Source of the DNA: Syncephalis fuscata S228
Lineage: Eukaryota > Fungi > Zoopagomycota
Assembly: GCA_025786725.1 (NCBI GenBank)
Contig: JAHLTZ010000049.1
Span: 57,474 to 121,473 of the forward strand
DNA: 64,000 nucleotides
Direction: 5' to 3'
Numbering within the stretch: the first letter of the stretch is position 1; each line of letters opens with the position of its first letter. The notes beneath the pieces were generated by a model. That model searched no databases, was not told the origin of the DNA, and saw nothing but the letters and a program-made list of their open reading frames with translations. This document shows, piece by piece, positions 42,053 through 52,235 of this stretch. The position numbers and the translations under genes are program-made.

Positions 42053-43289
42053 TTAAGTATACTTAAGTACAGTACTGATTCCGTAATGGTCTAATAGTTA
42101 TGATATAGTTAATATACGATTAGTTAAGCTTAGTTACCAGTAACTTACCCGATAATTGAGTGACCGGCATTCCTTCCAAATGCTCCTTAGCGATATAGAA
42201 TGGCTCAACTACCGTACTCTTTGGATCAGTTACATTAGGCTCCACTGAGGGCGGATCTTCACCACGACGCATTACAAGAATGTAATCCAGTCGTTGACGC
42301 CAGCCAAGTGCGTCGCTAGTAGTAAGTGTCGTTTCAATTGGAATAGGCTGACCACGCGCATCCAACTCCACCTGTCCATTGACATCACGTTTAACATCAC
42401 CAAATGTCTCGGGGTGCTTGCCCAAATGCTCAAACAACAAATCCTGTATAACAAATTTGTTCTCAGATTTATATACATTGCCGTCTTGGCGGGAACCTGG
42501 TACCAACGATGGATGAATGCCCTTACCGCTGAGCACACCCAGTGTAGCACGATATTCATCGCTGGATCCGCCCTTTTCTGCGGCTGCCGCATCATCCGGA
42601 CGACCATTAACGTTCAAGTCGCCTGCAAATATAATAAGGTCGTTGGTCGACTCATCCTGTAACTGGGCATCGATGAACCGGCGTGCTGCATATAGCTGTT
42701 TTAAGCGAATCTGCACAGCGCCATCTGACATGGCATAGCTACGTGTATACGACGACTGTAAATGCGTCGAAAATACTTGAAGGTATCGATTGCCAGCCAC
42801 ACGTAGCTTGGCATAGACAACGCCCTTCGCAGCCAGCCAATCGCTATCCGTGCCACGGTCGTAGGTCAATGAAGCATGGCGAATAATTGGGAACCGACTG
42901 ATAATCACCACACCACCATCAATACGCAGCGTAATAGCGCATTGTCGTGGCGACGATACCGAATAATGATAGCCTTTTTCGTGAGCTGCTTTAATTAGTT
43001 CAGAGCGTCGATTTGATCCAAAACCAAATAGTTCCTGGAACACAATAACGTCAAACCGATCGAGTTCATGGTCGATAAAATAGCGCAGTCGTTCGGATTT
43101 GTAGTCGTTGCCGTTTGAGTTAATGCCAGGTGGGCGCATATAAAAGTTATACTGAGCCAATCGAACTGTATAGTCAGCAAACGGATCCTTGGCAGGGCTA
43201 TCAGACGTAACGGTGACGCCAGACGTCGTAAGAGCAATGTCGGTTGCCACTTCACTGGCCACAACTTGATTATCGGCTTCGGCTGGCAT
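42053..43289 (-). CDS. Endonuclease/exonuclease/phosphatase-family enzyme, sphingomyelinase/IPC-phospholipase C-like, 2 exons
   Basis: YNFYMRPP...DVIVFQELF...IDGGVVIISRFPI...LAAKG...STHLQS...FAGDLN...RLDYI...QLS|DHYGI: all EEP catalytic motifs present. Start placed at MPAEADN; the ORF extends upstream to 43664. Confidence 0.85.
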
Positions 43290-43825
43290 TATACAGAAAA
43301 AATCGGACCAATAAAGCTTTAATGGGATATTTGTTGGATGAGCAGTAGTGGTTAAGCGAAGAAGCAAGGAGAAAGGACTGCTGTCAATAGGATGATTAGA
43401 CCAAGTAAATACGGTAGCTAATAGACAAACAAGCGCAAATAGAAGTAAAGCAGCGGGATAGCCAGTACAGTTACAGCGGAAAAAAGAACAAAGTGCTGCT
43501 GGATAATAAACGGTAGAGTTGAAAGTGTCGTTGTCAAGCTTAGAGTATTTTGAAAGAGGTGCTGTTGTGGTATTTGTTGTTGTTGTGTCCGTTGCTGTTG
43601 GTGGCTCGGGCACCTCAGTGGTTGGCTGGTTCAGCGGTAAAGCAGAAGGTGACTGTGGGAGCATGGGTGAAGAAGAGAAAACAACAAGAATAGATATTGA
43701 GTGACACGCGGATACTGTAAATCCCGCTTTTACTCTTTTCCCACTCTCTTGTTACGTGACTAGCTAGCTAGCTTGCTAACTATTGTTGATATCCTCGTTT
43801 AACAACTTGATCAATACTAACCACT

Positions 43826-44344
43826 ATGTCGTTCGCTTCTACTACTACTACTACTACTACTGTCACCACCACTGCCACGTCAACTTCTTCAAAAGTGGCC
43901 AATCCTCAGTATGTGCCACAGCCATATCAGGTGACCGGCTATCGATCTTTTGCGGATTTCTATCCATTTTATTTGGGCGAACATAATCATGCTACAAATC
44001 GTCGTTTACACTTGCTAGGTAAGCTATTTATCACAGCACTATAACTGCCTATCTAACTAACTCCAACGGATAGGCACGACTACAACGCTGACTCTCTTGG
44101 CTAGCATTCTAGTAACTGGTCGGTCGTTTTTCTATGCTCCATTGGCATTTGTGCCCGGCTATTTCTGTGCATGGGTAGGCCATTTTCTATTTGGTAAGTT
44201 TATTATGCATAGATGTTTATCTATAATAATGTATATAATATACTAGAGAAAAATAAGCCTGCTACATTCAAACATCCTTTTTACTCATTAATGGGTGATT
44301 TGCGTCTTTTTTACGAAGTCGTGACCAGCCAACGTGACATGTAG
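43826..44344 (+). CDS. DUF962 / Mpo1-like small membrane protein, 3 exons
   Basis: YRSFADFYPFYLGEH...NRRLHLL|GT...GYFCAWVGHFLF|EKNKPATFKHPFYSLMGD. Confidence 0.9.
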
Positions 44345-44574
44345 ACCACGATGTTACACGGCGTCTAAATTTGGTGTTTAATGGATACTATTTGACACAT
44401 AGTATTTATTGGAATCTAGCTAACATACTACTATGCTAATTAATGCTAGCTTTTACGTTCACTTGCATAACAATTGATGGCTATGAAAGTGAATATTTTA
44501 TACATAATAAAAAACAGTCGTCAATCTTAAATAACCTCTTTTTTATTAACCAATTACATTATGTGTATATGCAC

Positions 44575-47500
44575 TATAGCGTTAACGTTGTTACTTATAC
44601 AGTTCACCTTGTATATTCATATCATTTTATATAGATACATATGCAATTAAATACGATTTACCTGCAATTGTTGTCTGTTGTTTTAGCTTTATTGTCTATA
44701 AGATTCGACTTGTTTAGTTTATTCCGTTATTAAGCTACCCTGTAGCACGTTATTTAATTCCTTAAATTGTATATGCTATCATGTATATTTTTTATTAACA
44801 GCTTATTGGCAGTTTAATATGATTTAAATTAAAATACTATAATTTATAATATTTGTGCAATTTAACTGCATATTCTTTCTACTCAGTATGGAACTCGATG
44901 ATAAATTATATTAATAGTCGCATTATTATCATTGGCTTGCTATCATTACTATCCTATATGAATCTATCGAGTGTCAATAATACCATACCTGTAAATTCTT
45001 ACAGTACTGTGTTATTAATAGTTATATCGCCACTGTCCGCAGCTTTTCCTAAACCTTAATCATGATTTATTTTTTCTAAACTTGCTATTATTTACATACT
45101 TCATCATATGACATAAATACTATCAAATTTATGGTTGATAAAAATGAAATAATCCTGCAATAATTAGCTATAAGAAGACAAGCTAGCGCATGCTTTAATA
45201 AAGCAATAAATTCGCATATGCTTATATTATTTGTTTTATTCGTGTTTACGGCTCAATAAATTGAATGAAGCAAGAGTTATTAATAATAACGCCAGAGACA
45301 ATTGGACAACAGCTGTGAATAGCTTTGTTAAAGTCCTAATTTGCAACTTATCATTGATGCAAAATATCCATAAACTTTTGTGAGATTGCATTATTTGTTA
45401 TTTTTAATACACAAATCGACGTAAAATCCAGTATTTTTATTTTTAATAGTTATGATTGCAGCAAAAATATCCCGAATGTGCATAAAGTGCTACTTTTGAA
45501 TTTAAATATAAAACCATTGTGCCAATGCTATGACAGCAAGCGACATATTAAAATATGATTATGGCGTAATTAGGTGGTAAAAGGCAATGGCAAAGCAATA
45601 GTACTAATTTAATTAATAAATAGTTGCTGGCAATACATACGGCTTTACGTATAATGAAGCGACTGCATGATATTTTGTACAAGTATACTTGTGACATATA
45701 TATATGGCTGTTGATAAACTATATTGTAGTCTTATAGTGTGGCAATGCAATTGGCATGATACCACGCCAACAAATGCATAAAAACAACGGTTTTCTGTCG
45801 ACCATGGCCTATATACGTAAAAAATAGCATAATGATCGCAGGATTCGAGTTCTCCATGCCTAGATATACCGTCTGGTATGAATTATAAAACAATGATTTT
45901 GTGCAAAAAAATAGTCACAAATGTAATCTACGTTATTTTAATACGTTCAGTAAGCGTTGTTAATAATACATATAACTTTACATACAATGAAGCAAACTGT
46001 GTGATATTTTGCACAAATATATTTATGCCATATAGATAGCTATTGACAAAATATAGTGCACTTGTATTGCGTATTGATTCAATGGCTATGTCGATACGCT
46101 AATAAATGTACAAACACAACAGTTTTATACCGCTTATGGCCTATAGATTTAAAATACAACAAAATCATTACCGAATTCGAGTTTTTCATGTTTGGTTGTA
46201 CCGTTTGGTATAAAATATAGAACAAAATATTTTTAAAAAAATTAGTCGAAAATGCACTTACGTAAATATTAGTTAACGGAGATTAAGCTATTGTATATCT
46301 ATAGCATAAACTGCAACGGACATCAGTTTTATATATATTAACTTGCTGTTATGTTTGTGGCACTGTATAATGCTTTGGATTTACTTTAGACCAGTCTTAG
46401 TTCTTAGTGTTAATGCATTAAATCATAAAGCTTTAATTGCTTTGCTAATTATTTAACGTAAACTGCATTTTCGACTAATTTTTTTAAAAATATTTTGTTC
46501 TATATTTTATACCAAACGGTACAACCAAACATGAAAAACTCGAATTCGGTAATGATTTTGTTGTATTTTAAATCTATAGGCCATAAGCGGTATAAAACTG
46601 TTGTGTTTGTACATTTATTAGCGTATCGACATAGCCATTGAATCAATACGCAATACAAGTGCACTATATTTTGTCAATAGCTATCTATATGGCATAAATA
46701 TATTTGTGCAAAATATCACACAGTTTGCTTCATTGTATGTAAAGTTATATGTATTATTAACAACGCTTACTGAACGTATTAAAATAACGTAGATTACATT
46801 TGTGACTATTTTTTTGCACAAAATCATTGTTTTATAATTCATACCAGACGGTATATCTAGGCATGGAGAACTCGAATCCTGCGATCATTATGCTATTTTT
46901 TACGTATATAGGCCATGGTCGACAGAAAACCGTTGTTTTTATGCATTTGTTGGCGTGGTATCATGCCAATTGCATTGCCACACTATAAGACTACAATATA
47001 GTTTATCAACAGCCATATATATATGTCACAAGTATACTTGTACAAAATATCATGCAGTCGCTTCATTATACGTAAAGCCGTATGTATTGCCAGCAACTAT
47101 TTATTAATTAAATTAGTACTATTGCTTTGCCATTGCCTTTTACCACCTAATTACGCCATAATCATATTTTAATATGTCGCTTGCTGTCATAGCATTGGCA
47201 CAATGGTTTTATATTTAAATTCAAAAGTAGCACTTTATGCACATTCGGGATATTTTTGCTGCAATCATAACTATTAAAAATAAAAATACTGGATTTTACG
47301 TCGATTTTGTGTATTAAAAATAACAAATAATGCAATCTCACAAAAGTTTATGGATATTTTGCATCAATGATAAGTTGCAAATTAGGACTTTAACAAAGCT
47401 ATTCACAGCTGTTGTCCAATTGTCTCTGGCGTTATTATTAATAACTCTTGCTTCATTCAATTTATTGAGCCGTAAACACGAATAAAACAAATAATATAAG

Positions 47501-48145
47501 CATATGCGAATTTATTGCTTTATTAAAGCATGCGCTAGCTTGTCTTCTTATAGCTAATTATTGCAGGATTATTTCATTTTTATCAACCATAAATTTGATA
47601 GTATTTATGTCATATGATGAAGTATGTAAATAATAGCAAGTTTAGAAAAAATAAATCACGATTAAGGTTTAGGAAAAGCTGCGGACAGTGGCGATATAAC
47701 TATTAATAACACAGTACTGTAAGAATTTACAGGTATGGTATTATTGACACTCGATAGATTCATATAGGATAGTAATGATAGCAAGCCAATGATAATAATG
47801 CGACTATTAATATAATTTATCATCAGTTCCATACTGAGTAGAAAGAATATGCAGTTAAATTGCACAAATATTATAAATTATAGTATTTTAATTAAATCAT
47901 ATTAAACTGCCAATAAGCTGTTAATAAAAAATATACATGATAGCATATACAATTTAAGGAATTAAATAACGTGCTACAGGGTAGCTTAATAAGCGGAATA
48001 AACTAAACAAGTCGAATCTTATAGACAATAAAGCTAAAACAACAGACAACAATTGCAGGTAAATCGTATTTAATTGCATATGTATCTATATAAAATGATA
48101 TGAATATACAAGGTGAACTGTATAAGTAACGACGTTAACGCTATA
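44575..48145. mobile_element. Giant foldback palindrome, 3571 bp: arms 44575-46256 and 46464-48145, spacer 46257-46463; non-coding
   Basis: Begins tatagcgttaacgttgttacttatacagttcacc and ends ggtgaactgtataagtaacgacgttaacgctata. The arms are reverse complements with only a few substitutions or 1-bp indels seen. The palindrome is directly observed; mobility is inferred from the second copy. Confidence 0.85.
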
Positions 48146-48350
48146 TGTACATTGCTTAATTTTTACATAATACTTGTTATTATATTATACAATAAATGCT
48201 ATTTTAATTAAATATTAAACTGTACACTTGTGAACTAATACTTCTTTTTCTAATGTTAACAACTGTTTTTTCATACTCGAATTACTTTCAAGCTATTACG
48301 TTATTTTTACTAGTCAATATCGTAACAACAGCAATAAAGATTTATTACAT

Positions 48351-48363
48351 TGACGTCACGTGA
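48351..48363. promoter_or_regulatory. Overlapping CRE (TGACGTCA) and E-box (TCACGTGA) upstream of ETF-alpha
   Basis: tgacgtcacgtga about 150 nt before the ATG; motif match only. Confidence 0.45.
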
Positions 48364-48509
48364 TCTTCGGATAGTTGTACGTCATCTTACCGAAACTATT
48401 CCGAGTTCGTCCATAAGATCGCGCACGCGTAGCTTTTCACCCGACAATACACCGCTCTTTCTACTTACTGTGTCTCCTTTTCTTCTACTGCACCTGTTTA
48501 AACATCAAT

Positions 48510-49810
48510 ATGCTGACTATTACCACTCGCCAAGCAGGCCTTCGTGCATCTGCCTTGTTGGCACGACAGCGCTTTCTTAATCAGGTAGGATTAACTTTGG
48601 GCATACCACTGCCATCAATATTAATGCAATTATACCGGCAACACGCTATCTATCGCTCAATAGGCAGGCTTTATGACGTTCCGTGGCTATGCCTCGGCCA
48701 GTGATGTATCATCATTGGTGGTTATTGAACATAAAAACGACAAAATTGATCCATCAAGCTTAAATGCATTATCAGCGGCAGCCAAACTAGGCGGCACTGT
48801 GCATGCACTTGTGGCGGGCAGTGCGTCGGATGCTGTGGCGGATCAAGTTGCAAAACTAAAGCCAGTTAGCAAAGTTCTAGTGGCCTCCGATGCCGTTTAC
48901 GACCACGGCCTGCCTGAGAATAGCGCATCATTGATTGCTGCTGCACAGAAATCTGGCAATTATTCACATATTGTCGCTGCCCATAACGCATTTGGCAAAA
49001 ATATATTGCCTCGTGCAGCAGCTCTACTAGATGTGGCTCAAGTTTCGGACATCACGGGTATTACAAGTGCTGATACATTTACGCAATCTGTCTATTCAGG
49101 TAATTTATAACAAATGGCCATTTATTTCAACTACAATAAATCTAATAAACAATAGGTAATTTGATTGCTACGGTCAAGGCAAATGATCCCGTCAAAGTCT
49201 TTACTGTTCGCACCTCGGCCTTCCCGCCTACTGAAGCCCAAGATACGGCAGCGGCCAAAGAAGCAGCTCCTGAAGCAGAAAAAACAGGCAAGTTTATTTA
49301 CAACTATCAACAAATTCATATATATATATAATGCTATTTAATTAGACGCCACAAAATGGGTCAAAGAAAACATTATCAAAAACGATCGACCAGACTTAGG
49401 CACTGCGCGTGTTGTTGTCAGCGGTGGCCGTGGATTAAAGAATGGCGAAAACTTTAAAATACTATACGCTTTAGCTGATAAGATGGGCGGTGCAGGTATA
49501 GTACAAATTACACTAACAATTACTAGATAGTGCTAACATTAACGATATTAGTTGGTGCATCACGTGTTGCGGTCGATGAAGGCTACGTTGACAACAGTTT
49601 GCAAATTGGCCAAACAGGCAAGACAGTAGCACCAGATATTTACATTGCTGTGGGTATTTCTGGTGTAATTCAACACGTGGCCGGTATGAAAGATAGTAAG
49701 GCAATTGTAGCCATCAACTCAGATGGTGAGGCTCCCATTTTCGAGTTGGCCGATTACGGCATTGTAGGCGATTATTTAAGATTGTACCAGAATTGACTGA
49801 AAAAATCTAA
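48510..49810 (+). CDS. ETFA: Electron transfer flavoprotein alpha subunit, mitochondrial, 5 exons; 1-bp deletion near 49772
   Basis: Arg-rich presequence; [22 protein letters not shown]; [18 protein letters not shown]; VGASR...[11 protein letters not shown]...[15 protein letters not shown]. Restoring one T gives [14 protein letters not shown]. Confidence 0.96.
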
Positions 49811-49836
49811 ATATTGCATTGCTTTTATTAAACTTT

Positions 49837-50682
49837 TTAAAAAAACTTTACACCGTCCTCGCCAGAACCAGCAGAAAATATTTGAGCCTTATTTTGTTTT
49901 ACCAAAACATTAAGTGCTTTTCTTAGCATTCGTTCATCCAATTGATAAAAATCTAGTTATCTTGCAATTAATATTGGTAAATGGTAGTGCATGGATACTT
50001 GCCTTGTCCATCAACTGTAGCGCTATTTGATACTTCGTGAAGTGTAAGTACAGAGCCACGCTGTCCTGTCTCGGCAATCTATTATATGATTATTACATTG
50101 CCATTGTATTAATACAATTAATTAAACGATACAAAAGCTACTATTTGCCAATTACCCAGTTGTAAATCAATTGACCCCAAGCATCTGGTCGTCGCCAATA
50201 AATAAATACTTCAGTTTTGGCTGTGTCAATCCATGCTACATCGCCTGAATAGTAAATACAGTTATAAATGATTATATCTAATGTCTATGCACCATTCACT
50301 TACCTTTATTTACAGAAATCTCTATAATCTCTATTAGTAAATCGCGTGACAGCTGTCCTATAGTGTATAGTATTAGTATTAGTATTATTAATTGGCATTA
50401 ACAAATTAATGACTTGCGTTGTATGGCTGAGTTAACACACAATTCACTTGAGAGTAAATCGTCCAAACGTACACAAGTTTGTCGAGTGTGTTGTGCATAG
50501 GCTAGCAACAAGTCAGACCATATTTCAAGTTGACGTGTACGTGTTGCATCTGTAGGCTGTCGCCTGTGTCAGACACACGCAGTCTATTAGTATATTCTTT
50601 GTAGATACACTGTGACCTACGTATAAAAGGGTGGAAACTGATGAATGGCTGGAAAGTCAAATCTTTCCGCTGATTTACTCAT
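49837..50682 (-). CDS. VPS25: ESCRT-II subunit Vps25, 6 exons (absent from ORF track)
   Basis: MSKSAERFDFPAIHQFPPFYT|RQPTDATRTRQLEIWSDLLL...FIYWRRPDAWGQLIYNW...GSVLTLHE...KALNVLVKQNKAQIF...GVKFF*. Confidence 0.92.
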
Positions 50683-51005
50683 TGTTCTTAATAATACAAA
50701 ACTATTTTATATTGGCAAGGTAATAGGTGTTGACAACTCAGTATATATAGACCAGTATTTGTTGTTTTTTGTTATTTACTGGTTTTTGTACTCACGGTTA
50801 CAAGTACTGGTTATAAAATTGCCCCAAAAAAATGATAGTGAAACTGAGACTCGGAAGTGAGAAAGAGGTAGAGCCGAGCCTCAGTTTCACTGCAACTTAA
50901 TAGAATGTAGCTATTAAAAGCACCAGTTAATTAATATTAATTAATACAGACCACGTTTTACTTCTCTACTGATAATTTGTATTAATCCCAGTATTCACTT
51001 TTGTC

Positions 51006-51787
51006 ATGGCCAAAGCAACTGCAGGAAAAGCAGGAGGAGTCTCTGACCGTAACAGGTCAAAGAGAGGCGTCAGTAAAGCAACTCAAGGCTATTTACTGTT
51101 CTATAATTTTGCTTCATGCGCTGCATGGGCTTTCATACTAGTGCGTACCGTAAATCACTTTGCTGCCAATGGTTTGACAGCCGGTCTGCCAACGCTCTAC
51201 GCGAATATCGGTGACGACCTACGCTGGATACAAACGGCAGCTGCTCTTGAGATTATTCATAGTGCATTGGGCTTTGTGCGGTCACCACTGGGCACAACAC
51301 TAACTCAAGTGGCTAGTCGGCTCCTACTTGTCTGGGGCATTTGTGGCTTGTTCGATGTGCCCGAGGTACGTACTCATTGGGCATTCACCACAATGACCAT
51401 TGCTTGGAGTATTACAGAAGTGGTGCGCTATTTGTTTTACGCGCTTGGTCTGCTTGAAGTGTCATCCGACTTGCTGCTCTGGTGTCGGTAAGTACCACGC
51501 AATCTGCTGGCTATGATAGCTTCTTTGTCATTAATAATGAATTGATGTTAAATACATTTAGGTATACGTTCTTTTTAGTGCTTTATCCAATGGGAGCCGG
51601 CTCTGAAGCAATGCTTATCTACCAGTCGTTGTCGGCAGCAGATGCGCTCTATCCTAATTATGGCATTATTCTTCGTGGCATGCTTGCCATCTATCCACCT
51701 GGTCTAGGTGTTATGTATACACATATGCTGGGTCAACGCAAGCGCTATCTAGCAAGTCGTTCAAGTAGCCAGAAAAAGAGCCAATAA
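51006..51787 (+). CDS. PHS1: Very-long-chain 3-hydroxyacyl-CoA dehydratase (PTPLA/HACD), 2 exons
   Basis: YLLFYN; IQTAAALEIIHSALGFVRS; QVASR; AWSITEVVRYLFY; WCR|YTFFLVLYPMGAGSE; MYTHMLGQRKRYL. Confidence 0.95.
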
Positions 51788-52235
51788 TAAATAATGACTG
51801 GCTATTGGTCAATCTATTGACTAATACAACTAAAATATGTTTTTTATTTCGCTTTATTTAATTTAAATACTATTGGTTATGTTTAGGATATGTTAATGTT
51901 GTTTTCAATTATTCGATGAGTTTAAATTGCGCATTTTTACGTAAATGGATATATGAACTCTATGTGATAATAGTAATTTTAAATAATAGTTTATTTATGC
52001 TATTTTGTTAGTGCTATCGTTATTTGCTGATAGTATGTTATATGATATACTAAACTTTCTTATAAAGACTTTATACTTTTATCTGTTCACTTCTATTGAT
52101 TACCTTGCTAATAGTATGTTCTATAATATACCGACATTTTGAACAAATTAAATACTATTCATTATTTGCACGATTTAATTATAACAATAATTACTAGATT
52201 TATTATTGCCGTAATGATAACCTATAGATGATTAT

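Noticed and set aside
44853-47865. Twin ORFs 44853-45059(+) and 47662-47865(-), and ORF 20879-21220
   Set aside because: Mirror products of the palindrome or chance AT-rich ORFs, broken by indels between copies, with no recognisable motifs.
44575-48145. Inverted-repeat centromere (Komagataella/Candida tropicalis style)
   Set aside because: The core is only ~0.2 kb, genes lie within 0.2-0.4 kb, and a sibling copy is 25 kb away. Not supportable without kinetochore ChIP or Hi-C.
49953-50002. U12-type intron (gtatcc) in VPS25
   Set aside because: The sequence is GTATCCAT rather than GTATCCTT, and using it breaks the frame; the upstream GC donor fits.
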